Assembly (NCBI RefSeq): GCF_035594765.1
Contig: NC_085841.1
Location: 172,159,574 to 172,223,573 of the forward strand
DNA: 64,000 nucleotides
Source of the DNA: Anolis carolinensis
Lineage: Eukaryota
Direction: 5' to 3'
A program made the translations under genes and the position numbers. Position 1 is the stretch's first letter, and every line of letters begins with the position of its first letter. Below are positions 1 through 13,215 of this stretch, one piece after another. The notes below the pieces were generated by a model. That model was not told the origin of the DNA and did no database searches. It was given only the letters and a program-made list of their open reading frames with translations.

Positions 1-308
1 ACCTAGAAGCTTAGGAATATTAAAGTTTGTTTGCTTGGTTTCAAAATGACAATGTACAAATAGAGACCTGGCAATGGCAAATGCCTCTGGTGAAGCACCA
101 TCAATGAGAAAGTCCTGTCTTGAATACCCACCTGCCCCACCTCAGATAATGGGGGCACTCCCAGCAGACCCCCATCTGAAGATCACTGTGGTGGAGCCAG
201 TTGACTTTTCAAACATCCTGTTCTTGGTGATCCTTCTAAAACAGTCCTTTAAAGCATAGAAAGGGGACCTAGATGCAGATGTGACTTCCAAGTGGAGGGA
301 GTGGAGAA

Positions 309-1061
309 TAAGGATGTACATGATATATGTTTCCTTTGTTTCCTTCCTGCAATCGTTTCGTGTCGACCGTTCGTCAACACGAAACGAATGACAACATTTT
401 CGTAGGAAATGAGAGGTGACATGAAAATGAAAGCTGCACAGTCATTGTGCTTCCTTTCGTCTTCCTTTCGTTCGGCCGCATAACAATAAGCAGGTACTGA
501 CAGAAGCTGCTTCCCCATGACAGTTGATGTGTACCAATGGGTGTCAATAATAATATTAATATTAATAACAATAGTTACTCTGGGACCCTAAGCTGAGTCT
601 GAGAGAGGTCTGCTTCCCCATAACAGCTGATGTGTAACAGTGGGTGTTAAGAATAATATTAATATTAATAACAATAATTACTCTGGGACCCTAAGCTGGG
701 TCTGAGAGAGGTCTGCTTCCCCATGACAGCTAATGTGTGCCAATGGGTGTTAATAATAATATTAATACTCTGGGGAAGACCCAAACATTTTAAAAGTTGG
801 TGGGCTAAAGGGAGTTGAAATGCCCTCAGTGTGTGTCGATTTTCACCCCTCTAGCCCAAAAACCTAGTGGGGGGGGGGGGGGGGGCTCAGCCCTCCCATT
901 GCAGCCTAGGGTCCGAAAATTTTCATTTTTTTCATAAGCAAGATGAACATTCTATTCATATAGGCACCCCATTTTTGGAAATGGGGACAAATACAAAGCT
1001 GATACAAAACAAATGAAACTAAACAAAATGAACAGTGATTCCATACAAATGCACACCACTA
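309..1061. mobile_element. Decayed non-autonomous hAT-like DNA transposon carrying an internal minisatellite
   Basis: Imperfect TIRs TAAGGATGTACA / revcomp TAGTGGTGTGCA; 8-bp flanks gtggagaa / gtagagcg match at 5/8; same TIR type as 62281-63123. Confidence 0.5.
507..773. repeat. 103-bp tandem repeat, about 2.6 copies
   Basis: The unit start ctgcttccccat recurs at 507, 610 and 713, with shared aataatattaata and actctggg blocks. Confidence 0.85.
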
Positions 1062-1970
1062 GTAGAGCGGTGATTTTAATCAATTTCCTTTTTCTTTCCT
1101 GCTTCCAATACTAACTCCCATACCCTCGAAAGGGTCTCCCTATGATTCCCTTTTAGCCATCATAAAGGTAAAGGGGGAAGGAAGAAACCATGGAGATCTC
1201 TCTGTTTTCCGGTTGGAGTTTCCTGGAGGCCAACTTGGAAGATATCCGGTCTGGATATCTAGCCCTCTTCACCAATTGCCTTTTTCAAACAGTCTTCGAA
1301 GGAAGTTCCACATGTAACACATATTTCACTGGAAAAAGTGACAGGGCTAACTAACATTAGGCATAGTAAGGCAGTAGGCTGTGGGATGAAAAATGGCAGC
1401 AAGGTGTTCCTCATTTGACGTTGTTACTATTATGTTTTTATTCTATTCTATTTTGGTTTGCTGTGAGTACTTTGTACCTTGACTCACAGTGCTATTTGTC
1501 ACCCTGCTTCTGAAGGTAAAATGCCTTGGCCTCACCTGGAAATGAGCCGCTAACCAAGACTACTTTGGACACAGACTAGTAGTGCTAAAAATAAGCAGAG
1601 AAATCCTGGCGTCTCCAGATTACAAATGTAATCCTTGTCATGTTGGAAACTGTCTGTGCTCTCTCTAGTCTTCAGCACTCTGGAGGAAGCAATCTATGCA
1701 AGCAAATCAACACTTTTTGTTTTGCACTTGGGATTTAGTTTTCCAGCTGCTTTCAAATGTATGAATCTCTATGATCCTTATCAACCAGTTTAAAAAGCAG
1801 CAAAGACTACATAATGACCACACTGTTATTGGTGGTGTTTCAATTTCCCTTTATTAAAGGCTGCTGAGCGTTTGAACTATAATCTACAATCTGTCTCTAA
1901 ATTACTTTTTACAAGCTCTTTTTAAACCTTGCTTTTTACACCCTCTTCTTAAAAATTCATGTATATCTTA

Positions 1971-2642
1971 GGGCATTTCCAGACAGCACAAAAATGCAGG
2001 TTTCAAATGAAGGACAAAAAAAAAACCCAGGATCTAAGAGCATGGCCCCACAGAGACCTGGTTTCCTCTGTATCAGATCAAGATGGAGAGCAAATGGGAG
2101 ACATTCAGTGGAGGGGTTTTTTAAAAAATCACTCCGTTATGCACTGGACTGTATATGCACACATGTGAATATCTTAATATAAATACAAGCAGATTCACAA
2201 ATGCACATATGAGGTTCAGCACATAACTGAGGATTTTTTTAAAAAAAAACTTCTGCCGGTTTACTTTTTTTCTCCATTTGTTTATTCAAACTCTGTTTAA
2301 TATCATAAAGTGTAAAGCAAAGAGTTTCAGAGAGTTCTAATTGCTCTCTGTCCGTGCTTCCTTTAAATCAGCTGTTTCGGGCATTTTAAAAGCTGACATG
2401 TGCTGGAGCACTCTCCTCAGGGGGGAGGGAAGGAAATCACTTATTTTCTGTGAGTGCAGGAATATACAGTGATGCGAATGTGCTCATTTTCTGGCCGGAA
2501 TCGGGATAATAAGGGACCTTTTTACCCTGTGTTTTTCATACGTTGCAGCAAATCAGCATAGATTTACCACTAGCATTATGTAGCCACACACTCCCTGTTA
2601 ACTTGGGAAATCCCATGTTTTAGGTGCTGCATAGAAGGGCTC
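1971..2642. mobile_element. Old PIF/Harbinger-like non-autonomous element
   Basis: Degenerate TIRs gggcatttccagacagcac ... gtgctgcatagaagggctc resemble the other Harbinger-type MITE ends in the window. Confidence 0.4.
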
Positions 2643-3192
2643 TTGGATGTGTTTCCAATAAATCCATGGTAATGTATATGACCTTTCTTTCTCCCTATTT
2701 TGTCCTATTTTATTTTATCAGCAATCCAATGAGGTAAGTAAAGCTGAGAGTGAGTGAGCAGTATCTCAAATTTCATCTATAATGCAGAACTTATTTTAAT
2801 TATTCCTTATTAAAACATCCCATGCTCTCTTTCTGCCCAACAAGGCCTATGCAGGAGTTGAATTGAGGCTATCTTGTTATCTACCCTAAAACTACCCCTG
2901 AGATTGCATAGGAAAATTGTTATTCTTCTGGAACTCATGTAATTTATAAATATAAGCAGTTTACATCAATGGAATTCAATCCAGATTGGACAGCTGTTAT
3001 CTACTGGGAAACAAAGAGCTCTTATTTTAGAAACAAAATCAAAAATTGCAAGTTGTTAACTCACTTTTAAGGGTAGAATGTAACCTTTTGTTCTTAAAAT
3101 TATTAACTATGAAGAAAATACACAAATAATTGAAGACAATGTTGGGTTAGTGGTTTGGAGTAAAAATGTCCTGAACTATTACAACATTTTAT

Positions 3193-4132
3193 GTTGTCAA
3201 AGGCTTTCATAGCTGGAATCACTGGGTTGCTATGAGTTTTTCAGGCTATATGGCCACGTTCCAGTAGCATTCTTTCCTAACAATCTACAGACCCACCAAG
3301 AAAATTCAACAAATGCTATATTCAGCAAAGGATAAGAGGGATTCCCTAATCACTGCAGGAGTGTACCATATGCCATGCAGCTGTGGACAAGTCTATATAG
3401 GAACCACCAAACATAGCGCCCAGACACGAATCAAGGAACATGAAAGGCACTGCAGACTAACTCAACTAGAGAAGTCAGCAATAGCTGACTTGATGAACTA
3501 ACCTGGACATGGAATATTATTCATCCATTATTAATTTTTTTCATTTATTTTTTTCATCATTTTAAAATGTATTTGTTATGCAATGCTTTTGACACGAAAT
3601 AAATAAATAAATAAATGGCATATTATTGGAGAACACAGAAATGCTGGACCACTTTGACAACTACACAGAGAAACCACTGAAATCCACAAGCATGTGAACA
3701 ATTTTAACAAAAGGGAGAAAACCATGAAAATGAACAAAATCTGGTTACCAGTATTAAAAAAAACACCAGAATCAGAACAGTAAATAAAGAACAACACCTC
3801 GAAACAGGGGAATTCCAGACAGCAAGCAGTCAAGTACCAGTTGACACATCCCAAACCAAAGATGCCTCCAGACAACAACACTGACTGACTTTGTAACTGC
3901 AAGGCTATTAAATGCTAATCAAGCTTGCCAATTGTAACATGCACACTCTCTTTAAACAGACAAGGGTTCTTTCCCCACTCTGGACAGTCCACGAATATAT
4001 ATTCACTCTTCTTGCTTCATTTCCAACAGATCTCTGAACAAACCTTTGAGGATGCCTGCCACAGATGCAGGCAAAACATCAGGAAATAATGTTACTGGAA
4101 CATGGCTGTACAGCCAGAAAAACTCACAGCAA
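3193..4132 (+). mobile_element. 5'-truncated Penelope-like element: GIY-YIG endonuclease remnant, inverted 5' pseudo-LTR piece and 3' pseudo-LTR
   Basis: ORF 3313-3501 reads GVYHMPCSCGQVYIGTTK..TRIKEH (GIY-YIG); 3225-3267 is the inverse of 4092-4132; hammerhead-like motif at 4043-4083. Confidence 0.9.
4043..4083 (+). ncRNA. Decayed minimal type I hammerhead ribozyme motif of the Penelope element
   Basis: cct-TTGAGGA-t-gcctgc-cacagat-gcaggc-AAAAC-atc-agg versus the consensus CUGANGA...GAAAC-GUC; stems I and II intact, core mutated. Confidence 0.7.
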
Positions 4133-4310
4133 CGCATTGCAACATTTTTCTTCCCTCTTTTCTTTGCATTCCTTGTAAATATTTTACAACAGAAACGCCT
4201 TCTGTATTTGGCAGCTAAAGGGAATAGGCTATAGCCTCCTCAATGTAGACCCTTGAATTAATGGCCTACAAGGCTCATCTCTGACATTGACAATTGACCA
4301 TAGTGGTTAG

Positions 4311-5779
4311 TAAGCATGTGTGAATTCCTCGGAATAATAGTAAATCGGAATAAAATCGGATCAATTTGGGTTCCGAATGGGGTTCCGATGCGGTTTGGCG
4401 CTTTGGAATAAACTCTCAATTTTGAAGTGTTTGATCCCATTAATTTAATGGGCTCATAAGTTTGTCGGATATATGAGAAAGTGTTTTTAAAGCAGCCAAA
4501 CTTTGTTTGCAGGGAGGAGCAGCCTAGCCTGGGCTTGCCTCCTTGCCCAATCAGTGTGGATATTCATGTAAAGGGGGGGGGGGGTTAGATGTCCTCCTTA
4601 AAAGCCCCTCTTGCATGCCTCAAGCCACATTCTGGCCTGGAGGTGGGAGGAGGATGGTTGGTCGGTGTTTTGCTGCCTGCCGTGTTGTTGCAGGGGGACT
4701 TAGGAAGGCAGGCAGGCACTGGCAGCCATTGAGAAAAAGAAGGAGTCAACTCTTTACAAAGAAGAGAAGGCATTTATTTTGGGGTGGGATGGGAAAGGGA
4801 TTTTTTTTTTGTTTTAAAAATGTGACACAGTTTCTTCTAAAATAAAGGAGTGAAGGAAGGAGAAGCATTTTTTTTTTTTAGACAAGATTGCGGGGTTGGA
4901 AGTTGGGGTGGGGAAAGGGGTTGTTTTTACTTTTAAAAATCTGACGCCTTTGTCCTGCTCAAAGTACTGTGTCTCCCATCATTCCCAAAACCCCTCTCTG
5001 CAGTCCTCCCTTAGCCTGGGGAGCGGCAGAAATGTTACATAACTTAGCTGAATCCTTCTCTGGGTTTAAGCCCTCTGTTTGTTTTGCTAGTTTGGCCTGA
5101 GCCTCTTCAAAGCACTGCACCTCCCATCATTCCCCAAACCCCTCTCTGGTGTGTTATGATTTCTGTTTCCGGTTGATAAATGTCATTTCCTAATTGGTTC
5201 TGTCACAAAAACATGGCAAAACTTTATTACACTGCCAAAACTTTGTCTTTGTGCAAGGGATATCGTGCTATAAATAGCACATTATGATTTGCTGAGTGTC
5301 CACCAATTTAACAGAGTTTCAGCCACAAAAGTTTCTGAAGTAGAACAATTACTTTCAAAGTAAAGACAACTCAGTGAAACAGGAAATAACACTTTAAAAC
5401 CAGGAACAGATTTCTGTAATTATTAAAAAATGTTTTTTTAATAAAAGCTATGAAATTTTGCCAAAAATCATAGGATAAGGGAAACATTCTGAAATTTGGT
5501 GAGCTAACAGTGGTAAATGTGTTCTACCACTGTAGCAAGTTTCATCAGGATAGCTCAAAAATGAGGGTGGGAGAATCCCCTAAAGTTCCCCCCAGTGCTG
5601 TTTTTCGCTATTGTGCATGCATGTCCACCATTAACAAATTAATTATGAATATTCAGAAGTTTTGGAAAGTTTTGAACGTTTTGCCTTCAAAATCAGAAAT
5701 GGCTTTAGAAACAAAGTACCAGAGCCCCCTACGTTCGAAGAGAGTTTAGAATCATTTTTTTCTGGATTGCACATGCCTA
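4311..5779. mobile_element. hAT-like non-autonomous element with a nested MITE fragment (~5150-5420)
   Basis: Ends taagcatgtgtg ... tgcacatgccta; internal 5160-5420 matches the element at 37927-38584; TSD not convincing. Confidence 0.5.
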
Positions 5780-5930
5780 GTGAAAGTGGAATACAAATGT
5801 CTTCTCTCCCTCCCTCTCTCATTGTCTCTCTCCCTCTCTCACACACATAAAAAAAGGTTACTTTTTTGTTGGATCAAAAATCATCTAGTGATTCTGTTAT
5901 TTTTGTATTAGGAAATGCTCAGTCTAATTT

Positions 5931-6086
5931 CTGTGGTGGAGGCTCCTTTGGAGGCTTTTAAGCAGAGGCTGGATGGCCATCTGTCGGGGGTGCTTTGAAT
6001 GCGATTTCCTGCTTCTTGGCAGGGGGTTGGATTGGATGGCCCATGAGGTCTCTTCCAACTCTACTATTCTATGATTCTATGATTCT
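5931..6086 (+). mobile_element. CR1 LINE 3' end
   Basis: ...ggtctcttccaactctactattctatgattctatgattct, the CR1 (ATTCTATG)n tail. Confidence 0.9.
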
Positions 6087-6799
6087 GACAACATATCATA
6101 ATTTTTTTTACGGAGAATCTGGTCTGGTAATATATTTCACCTCACACTGTAAATTTGGAATATGAGCAGAAGATGTGTCAGATGTTCTGAGTTTTTATCA
6201 AATATTAATGTGGAAGTAAGTAGACCCAGGATCCTGGCTAGTTGATGTTTTTTCAAATATTTTTTTCCATATTAATTGGCACCAGAAGATAGAACAAAGC
6301 CACATCTTTGCCATGTCCCATGCCCCAGCAGCTGTTGTTGTTTTGCTACCAAAACTCATTCAAGATGGAGCTAGATAACCTACATAATACTGAACTCGCC
6401 ATGCCCGCCTTTGCCAACGAGCCAAGTCAAATCCCACCCCATGTAGGCAACAAAGATGTTAATCTGTCTCACGGAAAAGCATGCAGATTAAGCCAGTGAA
6501 AGATTAAGATGCTGAGCTTTTTTTAGAGGATTAGTTCGTGGAGTTCTGAACTTGTTGTGAATGTTATCGGAGGCCAGGTTACTGACTGTGAACAAGTGGA
6601 AGGTGCCCCCCTATATTTATGTCAGTGCAATGACTTAGCAAGATTTAGGAACTTAGCATGACAGGTTTGATTGGATTCATGATTACAAGCAAAAGTGAAG
6701 ACTGTGGAAAGTAAGGCTGCAGTCTTATCTGCTTTTTCGGAAATCAATACTTTGAAAAAATTCATACTCACTTTGGAATAAACTTGCTGAGGGCCTATC

Positions 6800-7864
6800 A
6801 CCTGTGATGGACTGGGTGAGGATGAACAAATTGAAATTGAATCCAGATAAGACAGAGGTACTACTGGTCAGTAGTAGGGCTGAACAGGGTATTGGGCTGC
6901 AACCTGTGCTGGATGGAGTCACACTCCCCCTGAAGACGCAGATCCACAGTCTGGGGGTTGTTCTGGACTCAGCACTGACCCTGGAGGCCCAGATGTCAGC
7001 ACTGACCGGGATGGCCTTTGCACAGTTAAAGCTTGTTCACCAGCTGTGCCCGTACCTTGAAAAGCCCAATCTGGTCATGGTAGTATCTGCCTTAGTCATA
7101 TCCAGACTAGATTACTGCAATGCACTCTACGTGGGGCTGCCCCAGAAGAGCGTTCGGAAACTTCAGCTGGTACAAAGGTCAGCATCTAGATTGCTCAGGG
7201 GAGAGAGATATAGGGAAAGGACTACTCTGCTCCTGAAGCTGCTATAATGGCTTTCAGTTTGTTTCCAGATGCAATTCAAGGTACTGTCTTTAGCCTATAA
7301 AGCCCTAAATGGTTCGGGCTCAGCCGACTTGAGGGACTGCATCTCCTCTTATCAGCCCTCATGAGCCCTGAGATCATCAGGAGAGGCCCTTCTCTAAATC
7401 CCACCACCATCACAAGTACGGATGGTTGGAACGAGAGAAAGGGCCTTTTCGGTGGTGGCCCTGAAACTCTGGAACTCCTTCCCCATAGAGGTGCATTCGG
7501 CCCCCTCATTACTGGCCTTTCGCTCTCAGGTTAAAATCTTTTTATGGAAGCAGGCCTTCCCCAACAATCCTTAACAAGCAGGCCGTTTCGGTCTGACAAG
7601 GCTCACACAACCAAAGATTTGGAGATTTTTTTTAATATGAAGTTTTAAGGATAACCTCAGTGGCCTCAAGCCCAGGGATTTTAATGATAAATGGCACTAT
7701 TTATTTTGCTTATTTTATATGGTTTATGTAACGTGTTTATGCAATGTGTTGATTTGTTGTTCATTTCTTTGGGTTGGGGGGATGATGTTGTGCTTTTGTA
7801 TTATGACATTTCTGTTTAACCGTTTGTTCACCACTTTCAGTCCCATCCATGGGAGAAAAGTGAG

Positions 7865-7915
<51 letters not shown>
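6800..7915 (+). mobile_element. 5'-truncated L2 LINE (RT C-terminal part) with (TAA)n tail
   Basis: ORF 6804-7247 contains MNKLKLNPDKTEVLL and SRLDYCNALYVGLP, then a premature stop; (aat)n at ~7868-7915. Confidence 0.9.
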
Positions 7916-7916
<1 letters not shown>

Positions 7917-8767
7917 GTGCTCTACATCATGCTCCTTGTAATAAAGGAGTTCTTTCTGCTTTGGAAGCTAGAGGATCTGCTAGGTTCAAGATCCTCACAA
8001 TTTGAGGGCAGACAACGGGACTGGTGCTTCCCTATAAATCCACTCCAGGTTTTAGTCAGAACCTTCTTTGAACTGTCCAAGGTTTTGAAACTAGGAGAGG
8101 TAGAGTTCAGTACCTTGGATAGTTCCTTTAAAGTCTGAACTAAAACTCCACAGATTCAGATTGCCCCACTAATATGAAGTCATTATATTATCTGCCTATA
8201 TGCTTATAGTGTTTTCTCAGTATTTCTTCATTCAGTGTTTTCCAGGGTTTCTGAATTTTTCCTTTGTACGGTATATCGAGTCGGAATAAGCCTCGGGCAT
8301 TTTTCTAATTCTTGAAGTTTTATCTATTGCTCTTTTGTCACATAGGATGCCAACTTAGTATCCTTACTTCCTCTATCTTTTTTCTGAAGAAAGTCCTAAA
8401 CAATACACTAAGTGTTTGTGCCCAGCAAATTGACTTTATGCTTCATGCTTGTTAAACCATTACAAAATAGAGCTCATAGCTTTCCACATCTGGAACAAAA
8501 CTAGATATTAGATTGGAACAGATCTCAATATTCAACTTCACTTCAAGACTTTTTGGAGTTAGGTGAAATCTACACCTAGGACAAAGGAAGAATTGCTGGA
8601 ACTGGGTGGTAGTTATTAACATATATAATATTTGGCTTTCAAGAGTTAGTTCCTTTCAGAAAAGATCTCAAGGCTTTAATCAAAAGATAAAAGTTAGCAT
8701 GAATATGTATTTCAATTGATTTTGTGTTAAAAGCATGACATTGAAGCCATGTTTTCAACAATTCAAG

Positions 8768-8859
8768 AATAAGACTCCACAGTCACCTACATACCCCTGC
8801 CAAGACACTACACTTGGAAGGCCATCATATGCAGACAATGAGGGATTGCCTAAGTAAGT
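8768..8859 (+). mobile_element. RTE LINE 3' end fragment
   Basis: Matches 57578-57676 (gccaagacactacac...gattgcctaagtaagt). Confidence 0.75.
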
Positions 8860-8944
8860 TTTTAATAATTAAGTTAATTTTTAAATTCATGTTTAAAATT
8901 ACCTTTTTACTACATATAAAATATTAACAGAATAAACATAAGTG

Positions 8945-9090
8945 GGAATATGCTGCCTGGGGATGTGGTGGAGTCTCCTTCATCAGGAGGCTGGATGGCC
9001 ATATGTTGGGAGAGCTTTGATAGTGTCTTCCTGCGTGATGGAATGAGATTGGACTGAATGGCCCTTGGGGTCTCTTCCAACTCTATGAGT
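8945..9090 (+). mobile_element. CR1 LINE 3' end fragment
   Basis: gtggtggagtctccttc...ggctggatggcc...ggtctcttccaactctatga, homologous to 5931-6086. Confidence 0.8.
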
Positions 9091-9608
9091 ATGTTTCTGT
9101 GAAAAGCAAAACATGGACCTAGCCCTCAGAGGGATCAAAATATTATTTTCAATCCATCAACTGTCATCTTTGGTTCCCTTATCCACAGATCTCATGCCCC
9201 ACGCCCCATTTCACTAAGGAAGGCAAAGTCCTGAATAAGTATTTGAGATTGGTCCATGATTATTAAGGAAACTGAAAACACAGGCCAAAGGCAGCTTGGC
9301 ATGTATATTAATTTCCCCAGACATACGAAATTAGACAGACATGCTAACAAACAACGGTGTTGTAGGATTCAATGCTACTTCTGAACCAGCTCCGTTAGCC
9401 TAAGCAAGGAGATTGTTGGGACAGTAAGAGAATCTTTATCCAGTTTCTGACTCCCAACACAGAGCCTACTGACTGATGATGAGGGAACATGTCCAGAGAG
9501 CCATTATCTGTGTAGTTTGTGATCAGAGTCTCTCCTTGCTATGTCAGACACCCAGGAGAGATTAACAGCTTCCTCCTCATTTGACTCAGTCTCTTTTTCA
9601 CAGACTGA

Positions 9609-9810
9609 GGGTGCATTAACATTGTGAAATTAATGCACTTTGACACGACTTTAACTCCCATGGCTCAATGCTATGGAATCCTGGGATTTGTAGTTTGGTG
9701 AGGTTGGGCAGAGGGGTCAAGGCTTTGTAAATTGCAACCCCTCCAATTTGATAGCATTGAGTCATGGCAGTAAAAGTGGTGTCAAACTGCATCAACTGTG
9801 TTGATGCACG
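9609..9810. mobile_element. Palindromic MITE (Harbinger-like)
   Basis: Ends ggtgcat...atgcac; inverted arms tttgacacgactttaactcccatggctcaatgcta / tagcattgagtcatggcagtaaaagtggtgtcaaa. Confidence 0.7.
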
Positions 9811-9874
9811 TCAGTTGGCATGTTCTTACTTGACTGGCTCAGAGATTATCAATACTATGAAAGCACAGGCCAAT

Positions 9875-11075
9875 ACTTCCCCAAGGACCTAAGTAGACCA
9901 ATAAAATTGGATAACTGGGAATAGCTATGGAATAAAGGATTCAAATGTATGCTATCTGGATCAATTAGGGAGAATCTATATAAAATGTTTTATAGATGTT
10001 ATATTAACTCAGCAACATTGGCAAAAATAGATCACAACAAGGTATTTGCTGGAGGTGTAGGTAACAGAAAGAGACATTCTTCCATATGTGGTGGACCTGT
10101 GAGACCATACAGGCATTTTGGGATAAAGTAACTAAGGAGACAAATAAAATGCTACATAATAAGATAAAAAGCCCAGGGTTGTGTCTATCAGGTTTACATA
10201 GAGAACACAATAATCAAAAGGACCAAGAAATATACGGATATAGCTTTGCCATGGCAAGATTAACCATAGCTAAAAACTGGAAAGAGGGAAAAAGTTTAAT
10301 TAAAAAGGATTGGAGGGAAAGGAATGTGAAATATATGCTAATGCCAAATTAACCAATAATATTTATTTATTTCTTTATTTCTTTATTTACAATATTTATA
10401 TTCTGCCCTTCTCACCCTGAAGGGGACTCAGGGCGGATCACATTATATACATATAGGGTGAACATTCAATGCCCATATACACATAGAACCGAGACAGAGA
10501 CAGACGCAGAGGCAATTTAACCTTCTCCTGAGGGGATGTTTGATTCTGGCCACAGGAGGGAGCAGCTGCTTCATCATCCACTGTGACGGCACTTCCTCAT
10601 TCCAACGTCATAAATTAGTTAAATTTGCCTCCCCACTGTATAAGTGGTACCTTATTTCCTACTTGATAAATGCAACTATCTTTCGGGTTGCTAGGTCAGC
10701 AACAAGCAGGGGCTATTTTTTATTTTTTAATTGACGGGTGCTCACCCCGCCACGGGCTGGCCTCGAACTCATGACCTCATGGTCAGAGTGATTTATTGCA
10801 GCAGGCTGCTCACCAGCCTGCGCCACAGCCCGGGCTGGAACAAAGGTAATGAGGACTTTTTGGAAAAGTGGAAGTTGGCCATGGCATATCTGAGTGGAGA
10901 GTCAGTGACATAGAGGAGCACCAGTAGGAATTTAGAAGTAGGCTATGAACAAGGATAGATAATTTGGCTTCATGTGTGGGATAGGGGTTTCGGGTGCATG
11001 TATGGTCTGTAATACATCATGTATTGTTATTTGAATGTTATGGTTAACTCTTATATTAATAAAAAATAATAATGA
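9875..11075 (+). mobile_element. L1-clade LINE 3' fragment (ORF2 C-terminal cysteine-rich region), interrupted by a SINE
   Basis: IRENLYKMFYR; CWRC...HMWWTCETIQAFW; ARLTIAKNWK; the sequence resumes after 10835 and ends in an aataaa/A-rich tail. Confidence 0.8.
10361..10834 (-). mobile_element. tRNA-derived SINE with L2-type 3' end and (TAAA)n tail
   Basis: Minus-strand head gggctgtggcgcaggctgg...gagttcgaggcc (A/B boxes); tail ctgagtcccc...agaagggcagaatataaat; second copy at 61766-62255. Confidence 0.85.
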
Positions 11076-12659
11076 GAAAAATACTTCCCTGGCATTTACT
11101 AGCAGCATTTTCAGGCCATAGGATACTAAGAACTGTATTTTTTACTAATGCATTTTCAGAGTGATTTACATTCAATTGTGCTCAATATATTTCCTTATAT
11201 TTTTACATTATAACTTCATGTTTCCATCCATATCTACTTGTGAGTTGCCTTGCTTTTCATTTACAGGAGAAAAGTGGGACAGAAATGAACTCAAATAACA
11301 AAGATCTGCCATAATTTGGCCCTTTGGCTTAATTTCAGCTATGGATGGAATCAGAAGTTGCCTCCAGAACAGATTTGGAAAGGAAAACAAAAGGAAGAAT
11401 TGAAGCTGTCTTGGTTCCTGGTCCATGGCAGAAAAGCAAGGTAGCTATTTATTTATTTATCATCTCTCTGTAATTCATAGTACCTTTTAGAATGCATTGT
11501 CCTGGGTTTTTTTCCTGATGAATTTAAATAAGATGAGTAGCTGTTTTCTTCAAGTGCAGTGTTCAAGGTCAGTCTTGTGATACTTCCTTCTTGTTCATTT
11601 ACTTTTGTGTTCCCGTTCTTATCTTTGCATAATCCCAAAGGATTTGTATAATATTTGTTAAAAGAATGGAGGAGGGATTGTGCCAGTCGCAATCTTGGAA
11701 ATTAATTTGCATCTTATCCACCATGGTTCAGTCTTAATTAATTTCCCCCTATATAACAGCTGATTATCCCAAATGAAGGCCCTTGTTTCAAACATCCTAA
11801 AAGTGTGTGCTTTTCAATCATTTTCCCCTCAATGTAATACTTATGTTTCTTGGCCCTTCTTCACCCGTTTCCTCCTCCTTCTGTCTGTGCTCAGGGGATA
11901 GGGATCTCTCCACTTTTATATCATCGCTTTATGGAACAGCTTTGACTGGAACACATCTGCAACTTTTATAAATGCTGGAAGACCTTTTGTTGTTGTTTTC
12001 CTCTTAACAACACAGCTGGACTGTAAAGTACATGTCCAGTCTTTCAACAACAAAAATCCAACAACATGAACCGTGTCTCTTTTGGAAAAACAACAACTGC
12101 ATTTATTTGAAGAAGAATCAATGGATGCAGCATAATTCCAAACATCTATTCCATTTTTGCTTTACGCCAGACTGTTCTAATTCTTCATTAAATAAAAATC
12201 CAACATTATATTGCAACCTCTTTTTCAGCCTTCTCCTCCTGCTCCAAGGAGGAAAGAAAGATTGCCTTCTGGGAAATAAGGCAGGCATGTAACTAAGTCT
12301 ATTTCAGAACTAAAAGAGAGGGCAAAAAGGTTCTTATCTCAACAGGGTGCTTGGCTTGTATTCAGAAACGGATCTTAGCTGTTAAGTCTCTGACACCGAA
12401 AGTAAAAGTGCTTGCAGAACAGAGGATCTGGATTAAAGTCAGTCTTGTAAGGAAGGGAAATAATTCTGATTAGGAATCAAGGCTATTCCTTTATTTTCAC
12501 ACTGGTCTTCAGTTCTCATGGGATCTTAAAGCAATATGTAACTATGTATAATTAACCATAAACAAAATAGGAAGCATAACTACGTAACAAAACCAGGAAG
12601 TGAATGCACCAAAGCCAGTCACCGTAAGCCATCTAGGCTGGATGTAGATGAACCCCAAA

Positions 12660-13215
12660 TCAAGGTGAATTTTTCATTGGTGGAGTTCGGAGTCCTCATT
12701 GATTGCAGGTGAACTATAAATCCCGGTACCTACAATTCCAAAATGCCCAGGCCAATTCCCCTAAAAACCCACCAGTATTCAAATTTGGGCATATCAGGTA
12801 TGCATGCCAAGTTTGGTCTAGATCCATCATTGTTTGGGTTCATAGTGCTTTCTGGATGTATGTGAACTACAACTCCTCTAAATCCCCCCAAAAACCTCCA
12901 GTATTTTTTGATGGTAATGAGGGTTCTGTTTGCCAAGTTAGTTCCAGGCCCATCATTGATGGAGTTCAGAATGCTCTTAGATTGCAGGTGAACTATACAT
13001 CCCAGTATCTGCAACTCCTATAAATCATGGTGAATTCTCCCCAAACATCTCTAGTATGTTCAGCTGCTGATCAATTCCTCTGTTTGCTGTGTTCCATAGA
13101 AAAGAATAGGAAAGGGTTATGGGAGAGGCAGTGGGCGGGGTCATGCAAATTCCACACCAATTGAGAGAATCAGAAACACTGAGATGTCTGTGGTGGAGGA
13201 AACACATAAAATCTA
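12660..13215. repeat. Unclassified interspersed repeat with internal direct repeat
   Basis: gattgcaggtgaactata occurs at 12701 and 12980, and ccaagtt..g..c.ag.ccatcattg occurs twice. Confidence 0.45.

Noticed and set aside
74-259. 61-aa ATG ORF at the window start
   Set aside because: No recognisable motif or supporting splice structure on either strand.
7719-8138. 139-aa ORF with poly-Ile (similar ORFs at 28394-28576 and 61564-61818)
   Set aside because: The frame is held open by an (AAT)n LINE tail; not a gene.
11267-11440. Exon-like segment (ttacag ... aag|gtagct)
   Set aside because: Weak donor and no convincing reading frame.
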